DNA of 33,000 bases from Neoechinorhynchus agilis (taxonomy: Eukaryota; Animalia; Acanthocephala), in contig CM121342.1 in NCBI GenBank assembly GCA_051530055.1, positions 2,731,797-2,764,796 of the forward strand, given 5' to 3'. The notes below the pieces were generated by a model, which saw only the letters and a list, made by a program, of their open reading frames with translations, was not told the DNA's origin and made no database searches. The translations under genes were made by a program, and so were the position numbers. Positions 19,580-30,929 of this stretch are shown in pieces. How positions within the stretch are numbered: the stretch's first letter is position 1; each line of letters starts with the position of its first letter.

Positions 19580-22133
19580 ATGTATCACAATAGAGATAGA
19601 AATCCTTTAAGAGCACATACTATTGGCCAAGACGAGTTGAATTGCCAATTTATTGAGAACGTTGATGCTGATGATTATGATATGATGGAGGATATAACGC
19701 TCATTGGAACAGGTTTCTGCCAAATGTGATCTCGCTTTCAATGAAAAACGGATTAAGGTCTGAATTCGATGACAGGCATAAAAGTCATGCCCAATTTGAG
19801 GTATCTTATATTAACCAGTAATAATATAGAGACTATCTGTGGCTTAACCGAATTGCATAATCTGAGTCTATTAGGTATTAAAAGTTTTTGGTGCCCTCAA
19901 ATTAAAGAAAATCAAGACTTAAGCTACAATAAAATTTCAGAGATAAGAGGACTAGAATCAATGAAGAATCTAATTAATTTAAATCTTGCTCATAATGTTA
20001 TTAAGACTGTGGATAACATTGCGCCATGCCAACACCTACGCTCTTTGAATGTATCTTTCAACAATATTTCTAACATCACCAGCGTAATTTCTCATTGGTT
20101 GCTGTCTCGCAAATCAAATTTTTTTATAGCTTTATAATATTCGAATGGTAAAAAGTCTCAATGTTTTACTTATTACGGGTAATGTGTGGCTCGAGGAAGT
20201 AGCTGATAAAAATGCTATATACGAAAATCTTAAGGATATTATATTTTGCGATATCTGTGAAAAAATTGTGAGCAAGAAAATATTTAATTATCGAATTTTA
20301 AATTTATTGAAATTTAATGAAAAAGGAACCCCTTATCGTTGTCAATCGTTCAAAACATAATTGGCAAGTTAATAAAGTAGATGTTGAGCGACACGGATCG
20401 AATTTATTTGAACCAAGAATAAAGGAAATCGACAATGATATTGTTACACCTTCAGACGAATTCGTGAAGGTTTGAGTGGTTACGATTTGCCCCAAAATAA
20501 ATTAATAAGTGATTTTAGAAATGGTCGCTAGAAAGGCTGTTAAAATTCATCAATAGCCGGGATTACATGGAAGCGGAGATTCAAGAAATTCGAAGTGAAT
20601 TAAATGACTCTGAAATGATAAGAATTTTCGATCATTTCATAACTACTGCATTGGACGTCACTCCAAGGATTTTATTGTGGACAAAAATGGTGAGAAGTAT
20701 AATATGGCCTAAGGGACCCTGTTTTGTTTTTTGTTTATACGATCCTGTGAATCATTAAATTTAATTGGTTTATAAAATATTGAAACCATTTGCTTTCGAT
20801 GACCAACATGAGCATAACTAAGTTCTAAAATTACAGTGTAGTTTTAACAAATACTTTCACTTACAGTATGAACAACATTGTGTCGATGTGAGCGAAAGTC
20901 ATGAACGTACTCTGAAATCACTTCAAGACTCATATATATCAGCACTTGAAAAGGCTGCGGAGTTCATCATGTTTAGTGCTATATCCGTGAGTAGGTTCTA
21001 TCGATGAAAGTTTAATTTTTTCTATTGATAATAGGGCCAATATCCTGGGATATTTGAGATTGATGCAATCAGCGAGGATTATGAAGTCGATCAAACTGAC
21101 AAGGTTAACGATTTTGAATCGATAAATAAGTTCATGGTAGGCAATGAGATTGTTATAAACGGTCTCGAAATAGGTGAACTTTTCTTGAAATATATTAGAA
21201 TGAAGGCTCAGGAATTGGCAATATTAATGAAATTGACAAAAGTCGCGGAATCGACTTCTCTTATGATAACAAACACGAAGATTTTAGTAATTTTGTGTTC
21301 TCTACTGTTCAAAACACGGTGACTGGGATTAACAATAATCTGAAGGTTAGAAATAGCTATGGTTAAATTACGACTGTCAAATTTTGATCGAATTTAAACT
21401 TTCACATTTCGTGTCTTTAGAATGAAAACCTAGTAGGTCGTATTCTTATAAACACGTAGATATAATAGATCTTTTGGAATCGAGATTTTAGTAGCTTTGC
21501 ATGGGAAAAGTTACGATCGTCGTCCGACGTTCATTATATTCGTATTTTTTCATTTCAACTAAAAAACGGGGTAAAATATTCTTCAGCCTTTATTTATTTT
21601 CCTTGACTATTTAGGATGCCCATTTGCATTTTATAGAAATGCAGTTGCAGAATCATAAAACTTACCGTAAAAGACTTCATTTCTGGGCACAGGCGGTAGG
21701 ATATCAGGTGAACCTGATGGCGAAACGCTGGAAATGGCTTAACAGTTTTATGTGGAAAAAACCTGAAAGTAAAGACGCATTGAAACTAGCAGAAAAGTAT
21801 GAAGAAATTTTTTACTTCGTATATTGATTTTCGCCCTTTGTTTCCAATGCCTGAAAATCAACATAGAAATACTTTATTATTTGGAGGATATTAAAACAAT
21901 CACGGCGCTTTCAAATATCCGTGCAAAATCAAATGCCTAAGCGATGGAAAGAGCCAAGTGATTTATTGGCTATACAGATGTCTGAGATTGCGAAATTTGC
22001 AGATTGGATAATTAATCACAATCGACATTATAGCAAATTATTGAGTGATAATTGTGTTATTGAAGAATCACTGGATGACCCATTTGCAGATAACTCGTCG
22101 AAGGCTGTGTGGTTTATGAGGTTTGCTGGCTAA
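19580..22133 (+). CDS. Multi-exon leucine-rich-repeat protein (SDS22-like N-terminal LRRs, helical C-terminus)
   Basis: ATG 19580. GT-AG introns at 19713-19757 (45 nt), 19875-19916 (42), 20084-20129 (46), 20268-20325 (58) and 20470-20518 (49), plus further introns of ~147 and 48 nt, restore one frame: LRYLILTSNNI, LSLLDLSYNKI, LINLNLAHNVI, LRSLNVSFNNI. Exons after ~21290 are not fully resolved. ORFs 21624 and 21921 are probable later exons. AATAAA near 22171. Confidence 0.7.
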
Positions 22134-23622
22134 TCATTTTATTAGCTGAGATTTGCACTGCTAAAAACTTAATAAAGTTTATCTTTTTTTGGACAATATG
22201 ATAAAATAGATCTAAGGAATTATCAAGTATAAATCGCCTTCTAAACGTTTGATAGCGCTTAAAATTATCTAAATCCCTTTTGTTGTCGAATAATTTAAAA
22301 TTGTTTAGTTGCTCCTGTATGTGAAAATAATGTATTACTCTACTCTTATTATTATTATTGCAAAAGCCACATACACACAGTTAACAATTAATTAATAATA
22401 ACAATCAGTTGTCCTTGAAAGGATACAACGAGTTTTGTAGGAAGTTGATCCAGGCTAAAGGAACAAGACTGAGTGTCAAATTTGTCTCAAATAACTGTCT
22501 AATCGTTTTGACAAAGCTTGTAAAAATTGGACGTCGGTCACAAGCGAAGAAGCACAACGATCCGTTTACGATAGATTTCAATGACCAGTGTGAAACTGTT
22601 GGGACAACCAAAAGGTGGCTTGAACTTTTAACCAAAGATTTAATTTTGTTAAAAGTGCTCTTCAATGAAGAGTTGTTCCAAATTCTGTGTTTCCTATATG
22701 AAAAATCCGCAAACAAAATTTTGGTGTGCCCTTTGAAGTTACAATGTTGTTAGAAAATCATAGTTATGCATCGAGCTTCTCACCATCTCCCTGGGCAATG
22801 AAGCAAGCAATTTACATTACGATGAGATACGACTGTAATTGGCTAAAAGAACCGCTGTTCAGGGAATAAGCAGACCGTTCGCTCAAAACGAGGAAAAGAA
22901 TATCGATCCTTTAACGATCCTTTGAATCTCATTCGTTGGTGAAAAAATTAACGAGCGGCATAAAGAGATTGATTCACAGGAACGTTCCAACATTACGCCG
23001 CAACCTAACAAGGACAACGAATCACGAAGAAAAGCACCCAATGTCTCATATCGTGTCTTTTGTGTTTAAGCATTCGGGTAGCAAGGCCCAAGCTCCGGAG
23101 ACTCCGACAAGGTAACTTTGCGGGATGAGTAATGTCATCGACGAAGCCACCTGTGTTCAATGCGCACAGGAACATTGAGAAGACGGAGCGGAAACGTGGC
23201 CGGCTAAACATTACTCAAAGTTCAACCCAGGTCAAGGGGTCAACCTGTCGAGTTTTGTGGGGTACCAAGCGGGAAATAAAATGGAACATTCGCTCGGGGA
23301 AGCATTGCTCATCTCGCAAGAGGCGAAAAATGAGATAGGTAGTAAGAAGGAGACGGTCAACGTGAGACGTTTCGTTGTGCTTAACCAAAGGGACGAGTTA
23401 ATCATCTCTACGACCTTGTTCCAACTATTTTTGTAGATTGTTTTGAAAGGAACGAAGGAGTAAACGCTGAAATATTGTTCCTAAATTTTCTCTATACGGC
23501 GAGTTTTTCCCTCCTCGAGATTTACATACAAATTTTCGAGGCCTCGACCTCCTTATCAAGCATCCAAAATCCCATGTAGTAGGAGAGCTCATTTGATCCC
23601 TGGACTCGTGTGAGCGGGACCA

Positions 23623-25356
23623 TCAATTTCCGAGGTGACGCTTCACCCTGTGCGCTACTGCTCCACGGAGCTTATTAGTTGGAAGGACAGGAGCGGAGTT
23701 GCTCTTGTTCTCTTCCATTGTCCTCTCCACGTTGATGAGAAGAGTTTCCTTGATTAGAGCCTTCTTTGGAGCCCTTTCTCCGCCATTTTCACCTTCGCTC
23801 CCCCGAAGTCGATTGTGTGGTCGTTTTGCACGGCGAGGTTGAAGACGGCCGATGACACATCACTCCGTTTGAGTGCGTATTCATGCACTCTTTTCTAAAT
23901 ACCCTGCTTCGTTTGTCCAATATAAAGACATTGTCACAGTTTTTGCAGGCTGCAGAGTAGACCACGCAATCATTGTCCTTGAGTTGCTCTGACTTCGACT
24001 TGAAAACGCTGTTCAAATTCACCTCTGCCGGGTGGTGCGGTATGAGATTCACCGAGCTCGATTTCTTCGCCATCTAAGAGAGAATGTTGCTCATTTTTGA
24101 GGAAATGTAATGAACTCGGATGAATCTCGTTTTCTTCTCGCTCGACTTGTCTCCTTTTCCTTCTGCATCTGTCAGTGCCTTCTTAATGGCGTAGGTAGGG
24201 TACTTAAGGTCTCTTAGTTTCCGCTCGATGATGTATTTGCTCCTTTTTGTCACATACTTGTTGCTCCCTATTTCCAGCGCTCTCCAGGATAAATTGCAGG
24301 CAGCGTTAACCTTATATCTGTCGGAGCCATGATTTTTCGGGTGAGTTGGACCCCCACTCTATACCAGGTTTGTGGAATAAAGAGGTGGTAATCGACGCTC
24401 CGTTTCGTTGCAAGTAGACGTCCAAGAAACTGATCCGCCCATTTTTGTCTTCTGGGGGTGATTGTCCACTTTATCGACGGGTTTATCGCGTTCAGCTGTT
24501 TCTCCAGCTTTATTTTGATACGCTTCTCGTTTGTGATCGCCAACACGTCGTCGACATACCTGAACCAAGCCTTGATTTGTGGGAACTTCACCAACTTTTT
24601 CGTATTCGATCATGAAGATGCTGGCGAGTACTGGACCTAGCGGTGAGCCCATCGTCATTCCATTCGTCTGATCGTAGAACTTGTCCTCAAATACGAAAGC
24701 AGACTTGGTAGTGCAATATTCACTTCCAACTTTGGATCCAAACCTCGATCCGCCAGTTTGTTCGCGGCTAACCTCTTCGCCTCATTTACCGGTACATTAG
24801 CGAACAATGCGGTATCGTCTGCTGTCCAAAGGAACTGATTGCCCGTGTCGTATCCTCTTATGATTTTCACAAATCACGGACCGCCCTTGACGTAAGAGGT
24901 TGGAATCTCGATATGGCCCTGAATTAGATTGCTGATTTCCTTTGCCAAACTATGATTGTATGATGAGTACGATGCGATAACCGACCCCGCTTTAGGATCT
25001 TCTATTCATCTGCATTTAGTTGTCGTCGCGACCAGTTAATTACTCCGCTCCTTTGTTGTGGGTAAACACGTTTCCACACCCCCCAAGTTCCAAAGTTTTT
25101 GAGCATGTTTTAGTCTGATCCGTTTTTTGTGTTCCCGGCACTGTTCGTTAATGTAGTTCTCCAAAAATCTGATATCCATCGCATCCAAATTCCTAATCAG
25201 CCATTCCCAACACCGTCTTGTCCTCGCCATCCCTACACCTATACGATGTCGAGCATTTCTTATAGCGTACTTCATTATCTTTATCTCAATCTCCAGTTGT
25301 TTCTTTGAACCTTGAAATCCAATAATACCTGTCCTGACGCGAGCGCAGACCGGCAC
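23623..25356 (-). mobile_element. Decayed Penelope-like element (RT and GIY-YIG endonuclease)
   Basis: RT motifs DDTALFANVP, FEDKFYDQTNGMTMGSPLGPVLASIFM, WFRYVDDVL and LNAINPSIKWT. GIY-YIG VVYSAACKNCDNVFI...KETLLI. PLE-type N-terminus ending KHAQKLWNL. Many frameshifts. Confidence 0.88.
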
Positions 25357-25363
25357 GACACAT

Positions 25364-27573
25364 TTATTTGCTAATTAACAAAGAAGAAGACCCATGTACC
25401 TTTGGGTCTTTATAAACACTCGAGTTCTGATTTGTTAAATGAATGCAATTGTTGATTTTGGAGCTGATTACGGGTTCGATCGACTGTTCAATTCGGTCCT
25501 CGATCGGAGAAGATGGATGAAAGCTATTCGCTAAGGAACTTGCTTTTGACATTCAAAGCTGAGCGACTGGCACACTTGGCCAGCAGGTCGCATGGGGCTG
25601 CCGGAATCTTTTCCCGCCGTTTTCCACGCGTCCGCCAGGAATGAGTCGCAGGTACTCTTCCGCTTGAAACACCGCTGGGCGAAGTCTTAGCCCGATAAGC
25701 ATCTCGAAATATGTTCGTAAATCGGGGGAATGATGGTAGGCCACTGGGAGCACCGTATCCTTCTTCAAGCTTCGTTTTAGTACCTCTGCGTTTATGATTC
25801 TTGAATCATCACAATCTACCAGGTCTATCGCTTCGACACGACTTTCGACGGTTCCATCTCTCGGTTCCGGTATTCTCGACAATGCATCGGCGTACACATT
25901 TTCGTTTCCCCTGACGAATTCGATCTCATAGTTGTATTTCATCATGGCAACGGTCCATCTTCGTAGCCGATTGCTTCGTATTCTACTCAGTTCTCTTCAA
26001 GCGCCAAAAATGTGAATCAGAGGTTTATGATCGGTTCTTAAACGGAATCTCTTTCCAAATATGAAATGGTGAAATTTCTTTATACCAAATAGAATCGTAG
26101 CGGCTTCCTTGTCAATTGTAGCATAAAATTCTTTTCAACTGGTGATAAGGTTCCTGATGCGTATGCCACTGGTTTCTACTCGTTTTCGTACTGCTGCAGG
26201 AGCACAGCACCGAACCCTGATTCACTGGCATCGTACGCCACCATCACCTCATTTTCAAGTGCATACGGAATGAGCTCTTTTGGACTTCGCATAAGCTCCC
26301 TAACTCTGTCGAAGGCAGTTTGTGCTCGAGTAGACTATTTCCTGTTCGCATTCGGGCTAGCCAACGCGTGGAGTGGACTGCATATTGCATGTAGCTGAGG
26401 CAAGAATCGTTCATGGTAACCTACGGCCCCAAGAAAAGCCCTTAGCTGTTTCTTCGATGTCGGTGATGGACAATTTATCATTGATTACAATTTCGTCTTT
26501 TGCGCACTTATAGTCTCGGCTCGCCAATTCATTCCCAATATCTTCATGCTTTCCTCCATAAATCTGCATTTTTCTATTTTTAGCGTCAGCCCGGCGACTT
26601 CTAGACGACTTAATACTCTTCTCAAGTTTGATAAGTGATTTTTATCGTTTTCTCCACTGATCACTTTATCATCAAGGTAGACCGCCATATTCGGTATTCT
26701 GTCGAGTAGGTGGTTCATAAATCATTGAAAGATGAATTGAGCGGTGTTGATTCCAAAAGGAAGCCTGGTGGACTGATAGAACCCCATTGGTGTTAAGATC
26801 GTCAACAATTTCTGGGACTTCTGCCCCACTGCAAGCTGCAGATATGCTTCCTTGATATCCAGCTTGCTGCATTTTTCTCTTTTGCCACTTTGTACAGCAC
26901 GTCCTCTAGCTTGGGAATTATCCAACCGTCCTTACTCAGCGCCTCCTTTAGCGTTATACGAAAATCTCCGCATAATCTTATTTTGTTCTCGCCTTTCCGG
27001 ACTCCTACACTAGGTCGATCTTTCTTAACACTCCCATTCCTTCTAACCTTGTTGAGATCTTCTTTTAACGCTTAAATCGTCTTCATGTCCGTCATCAACT
27101 CTTCTTGACGAGGTTCTTCGCTTGTCATCAATTTTTGGTCATCTTCTATAGATATAGTTTTTGTATCGATCGCAATTTCTTCGTTCCCTCGATGTCCGAT
27201 AGTCCCTAATTGCGCGCGACTTCGACTATTTTCTGCCGCCCAGCCTACCGAAACAAATCTTGTACCAAGAGTATCGATGTGATTACCATTGTAAGTTCTG
27301 AGCCTCAGACCCTTCCTTAGCGTTTTGGAACATAACTTTTTCCATATTCGCAGTGGAATTACCGATACGCCGGCCGCGGTATCATATTCGAATTCAACTA
27401 ACTTCCCCTCGACTCTTACAATCACGGTGATCTTTTGATTGCTTCCAATCGCGTTGATACCACGAATTACTTCATCGTCTTCTTTGTCGAATTGTTTCGT
27501 GACCGCTGTCTTAAATTTATTGCAAAATGACCAACTTTCCCGCAACGATAGCATCTACTATTTCTACCCAATC
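25364..27573 (-). mobile_element. Decayed Ty3/gypsy element (Mag-like): Gag knuckle, protease, RT, RNase H; truncated at both ends
   Basis: CYRCGKVGHFA (27553-27521). Protease FEYDTAAGVSVI. RT motifs KLDIKEAYLQ, TRLPFG and VYLDD. RNase H motifs AYDAS, TDHKPL and YADALSRIP. No LTR or full integrase seen. Confidence 0.88.
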
Positions 27574-27660
27574 ACTGATTATAACGCGCCCTGCGCGTCA
27601 CGATCGATCACTCTATAACAGGCTGGATCCTTTTTGTACTGCTTCACGGACTCAGTCATC

Positions 27661-28371
27661 ATGCGCAGTTTTCGTTCTGACGGAAAAAGCGTATTTAGTA
27701 GTGAACACCCTTCGAAACCTCCTGATCCTTCTGATGATCATGGAGGCTTTGTTCTGAAGAAGCGAGAGCAGCTACTCTCTAATCTCGAGCTACAACAATC
27801 ACAAGTCCTGGGAAACAACTTCCAGTCGACATCATCAAAACAAATTCCAATATCAAATTACTTGTCTTCACCGACAAAAAAATGGCCATACATAGCTATC
27901 TTCAAATCAAAACCAACCCTTCCCAAACAAATCATGTACGATCAAATAGTAAGCCCTTGGACTCGTTCTTTTAAAAACGATGGCATTAAAAGAATCGATC
28001 ACTTAACATATTTCGCCGGCACGCTTAGAATTGATATGGTGTCACATACTTGGTTGGAAAAATTGGTCAACTTCTCTATTTCTAATCTTCCCAAGGAAGT
28101 GTATGATGTTTCATATAGCTCTCAAAAAGTACAATTTCTGGTGAAAGGAATTGATCCTTCAATCACCAATGAAGAGCGGGAAGATTTCGAGCAATCGTTC
28201 AATTGTAAGATCAAGTTTTTTCGTAATTCAAGGAGCACAGGTCAACCCATCTCGATTGCCATGGTGGAGGGACAAAGACAAGTTCGCGACGACTTATGCA
28301 CACAACAATTTTGCTCGTTCAATTGCTTTGAAATTAACTTTGCGATGAAGTCGTGGCAACGAATCAATTAA
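27661..28371 (+). CDS. ORF resembling a non-LTR retrotransposon ORF1 (Gag-like, RRM region), no zinc knuckles
   Basis: Intact 236-aa ORF from ATG 27661 with KPPDP near the N-terminus and VQFLVKGIDPSITNEE, similar to the V.GIP...T.EEI motif of Jockey/I/R1-type ORF1. No ORF2 follows. Confidence 0.45.
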   Translation: MRSFRSDGKSVFSSEHPSKPPDPSDDHGGFVLKKREQLLSNLELQQSQVLGNNFQSTSSKQIPISNYLSSPTKKWPYIAIFKSKPTLPKQIMYDQIVSPWTRSFKNDGIKRIDHLTYFAGTLRIDMVSHTWLEKLVNFSISNLPKEVYDVSYSSQKVQFLVKGIDPSITNEEREDFEQSFNCKIKFFRNSRSTGQPISIAMVEGQRQVRDDLCTQQFCSFNCFEINFAMKSWQRIN

Positions 28372-28419
28372 AGCTGACTTTCTACTTGTTTGTTAGCTTC
28401 ACCTCACAGAGATCATCTG

Positions 28420-29466
28420 ATGTCAATGATTCCAAATGAAGTTCGTGATTGGACATTTTTTGTGAGCTTCGACAGCTTTTACACTTACGCTAGCATGTAT
28501 TTTCGCCATAAATTCAATAAACCTTCGCCGTCTCCAAATTTCGACACCAGTGATATTGTCCTTCAAACGACCATTGGTCGGGGTGCTTTTGGTTTAGTCG
28601 CTGTTGGTACCAAAGATCACGACCACTTTGCCGTCAAAATTTTTGAGAAGAAATATCTTGTCCATACCAGGCAAACGAAGCGAACCATCTACGAAAAAGC
28701 AATGCTAAGCAGTATATTTCATTCAAATATTGTCGAATTCTTGGGATCCTATAAGGACAGTGGCCATTTGTACATTGTAATGAAGTTAATTCCGACCGGT
28801 GATTTGTACGAACATTTGCGTTCAAAACGAAGATTTAATGAAGACGAAAGTAGATTGATTATAGCACAGATTATTCTCGTCTTCGATTACTTGCATCGAA
28901 TTAATGTTACTCATAAGGATATCAAAGCTGAGAATATTTTGGTAGAAGACAGCGGCTATGTCAAAGTAACGGACTTCGGATTCGCTAAATTCCTGAACGA
29001 GAGAGCAATAACTATTTGTGGAACTCCAGAATACATGGCCCCAGAAGTTTCCGGACGACTTGGATATACAACAAGTTGCGATTGGTGGTTTCTTGGCGCT
29101 TTGTCCTACGAGCTCAATGCAGGTTACACACCGTTTGTGGCATCAGATGGAATGAGGATCATAGCTAAAGCTCAATCCGGGAGGTTTAAAGTTCCTGAAC
29201 ATTTCTCATCGGAGCTCAAGGATCTCGTCGTCGGACTTTTGAAAGTTAATCCAGATAGGCGATATGGATGCGGAAAGGGTGGAATCGATCATATTAAAGC
29301 TCATAAATTCTTTAAAGTGATTGACTGGTGGAATCTGTTCCAACGAAAGGTTGCCATGATCTATAAACCTGCTATTAATCCGGCCGTAAACAAACCGAAG
29401 TCACCGCTCGCCTCCTTGACAAATCCTCCTAGTGACCGGTACGGTAGCTTATTTGACGAATTTTAG
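28420..29466 (+). CDS. cAMP-dependent protein kinase catalytic subunit-like (divergent, no introns within the ORF)
   Basis: IGRGAFG, AVK, HKDIKAEN, VTDFGFAK, ICGTPEYMAPE, DWW, LLKVNPDRRYG and IKAHKFF, ending in the PKA-type motif FDEF. N-terminal A-helix-like SFDSFYTYASMYFRHKF. AATAAA at 29469-29474. In-frame ATGs at 28420 and 28426. Confidence 0.9.
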   Translation: MSMIPNEVRDWTFFVSFDSFYTYASMYFRHKFNKPSPSPNFDTSDIVLQTTIGRGAFGLVAVGTKDHDHFAVKIFEKKYLVHTRQTKRTIYEKAMLSSIFHSNIVEFLGSYKDSGHLYIVMKLIPTGDLYEHLRSKRRFNEDESRLIIAQIILVFDYLHRINVTHKDIKAENILVEDSGYVKVTDFGFAKFLNERAITICGTPEYMAPEVSGRLGYTTSCDWWFLGALSYELNAGYTPFVASDGMRIIAKAQSGRFKVPEHFSSELKDLVVGLLKVNPDRRYGCGKGGIDHIKAHKFFKVIDWWNLFQRKVAMIYKPAINPAVNKPKSPLASLTNPPSDRYGSLFDEF

Positions 29467-29778
29467 CCAATAAAACTTTATATTATTTTCCGATTGTGCG
29501 ATGGGCTAACGTTCCTTATTCAAAAAGACGCTGTACTCCTTCCACGCAATTTTTGACTAATAATATTAATTTTTTGCATAAACTCGCTGAATTTGAGATT
29601 TCTTTAAATAATATCAAGGAGCTCGAACAGAGGAGAACCGCTTGTAACCTTCCTGTGCTTTGAAAATCGCTACAATTCTATTATCGCCATTTTCGACTTA
29701 GAAAAAACGCGACATGCAAATTGCGATAAGTTGAGGCGAATTGTTTTTTATTTATTTTACTTGCACTCGGTATCGTTG

Positions 29779-29916
29779 ATGATAAGAGGAAACGTTAGAG
29801 CTGTAAGCGTTAAAGTGAGGATCTCCACCTTTGTCAGCTTCGACAGCTTTTACACTTACGCTTGCATGTATTTTCCTTATAAATCAAATAAACCCTCGAA
29901 AAGTGCTTTTGTCTAA
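29779..29916 (+). pseudogene. Truncated duplicate of the kinase N-terminus
   Basis: 29830-29898 aligns with 28459-28527 (shared core agcttcgacagcttttacacttacgct). It reads FVSFDSFYTYACMYF..KSNKPS and then stops; no kinase domain follows. Confidence 0.7.
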
Positions 29917-30054
29917 CTAAACTTTCACTACAAAAAATGCTTAAAAAGGAGAAGTTGGAACCATAAGTACGAGAAGGGATTCGTAAATCGAAATTGTCAT
30001 GTACATTTATTATATGTAAGCATTGCTTCAAAGAATCAAATAAATTAAAAAATA

Positions 30055-30644
30055 AAACATAAAAATATGTTTGCAATCTTGACTTAATTTTTCCATGAAG
30101 GTTCCAGCAACTATTAAAATAGAATACCAAATACAATCTAGAAATAAATGTACCTTTAATATTGGGCTAACATTATCGTTAACAAAAATTTAATATGACA
30201 AAATTAAACAACTAACAACATAAATTGAAAATTTTTCGCGAGAATCCCATCGAAGTTCCTATAATAAAAGACGGCAGTAATTGCAAAAAGCACAAAAAAA
30301 CATTCAACTTAATAATGTTAATCCAAATGCTAGAAAATTGCAATACATAGGATAAAACCTTCGCCCGTAAACATAAAAATATGTTTGCAATCTTGACTTA
30401 ATTTTTCCATGAAGGTTCCAGCAACTATTAAAATAGAATACCAAATACAATCTAGAAATAAATGTACCTTTAATATTGGGCTAACATTATCGTTAACAAA
30501 AATTTAATTTTTCGCGAGAATCCCATCGAAGTTCCTATAATAAAAGACGGCAGTAATTGCAAAAAGCACAAAAAAACATTCAACTTAATAATGTTAATCC
30601 AAATGCTAGAAAATTGCAATACATAGGATAAAACCTTCGCCCGT
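30055..30644. repeat. Recent tandem duplication (314 bp + 276 bp)
   Basis: 30055-30368 is repeated at 30369-30644, apparently identical except that 38 bp (30195-30232) is missing from the second copy. Confidence 0.95.
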
Positions 30645-30929
30645 CAGGTTTTTAAAATCATTCATTTCTTAAAACACAGAACTTAATCTGATGGACCAAA
30701 AGCCAACAAAAGAAATTTTCCAGTAAAAATAAAATTAATTTTTTTTTGAAAAAAATATTTGTTTTCTTAGAAAATTTGCTTTGCTTATTTTACCATAGCA
30801 ACCTCACGTGTTCCACCTTCATTTGTACCAAACAAATTAGAACAAAACTCGCTTCGCCGACAAAGGTTGTGATAGGCTCTATTTTCTTCTTTTTTTACCT
30901 TTATAAACGTTTATAACTTATTCTCGAAA

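Noticed and set aside
22405-22753. Overlapping opposite-strand ORFs of 114 and 103 aa
   Set aside because: No recognisable motif, splice structure or repeat, so neither can be supported as a gene.
22873-22907. GCTCAAAACGAGGAAA (16 nt) shared with the K/E genes
   Set aside because: A 16-nt A-rich match is plausible by chance in a 33-kb AT-rich window, and the flanks align only with gaps.
23132-23338. VIDEA helicase-like motif and short ORFs near the PLE 3' side
   Set aside because: It is an isolated motif bounded by stops, with no Walker A or other helicase motifs.
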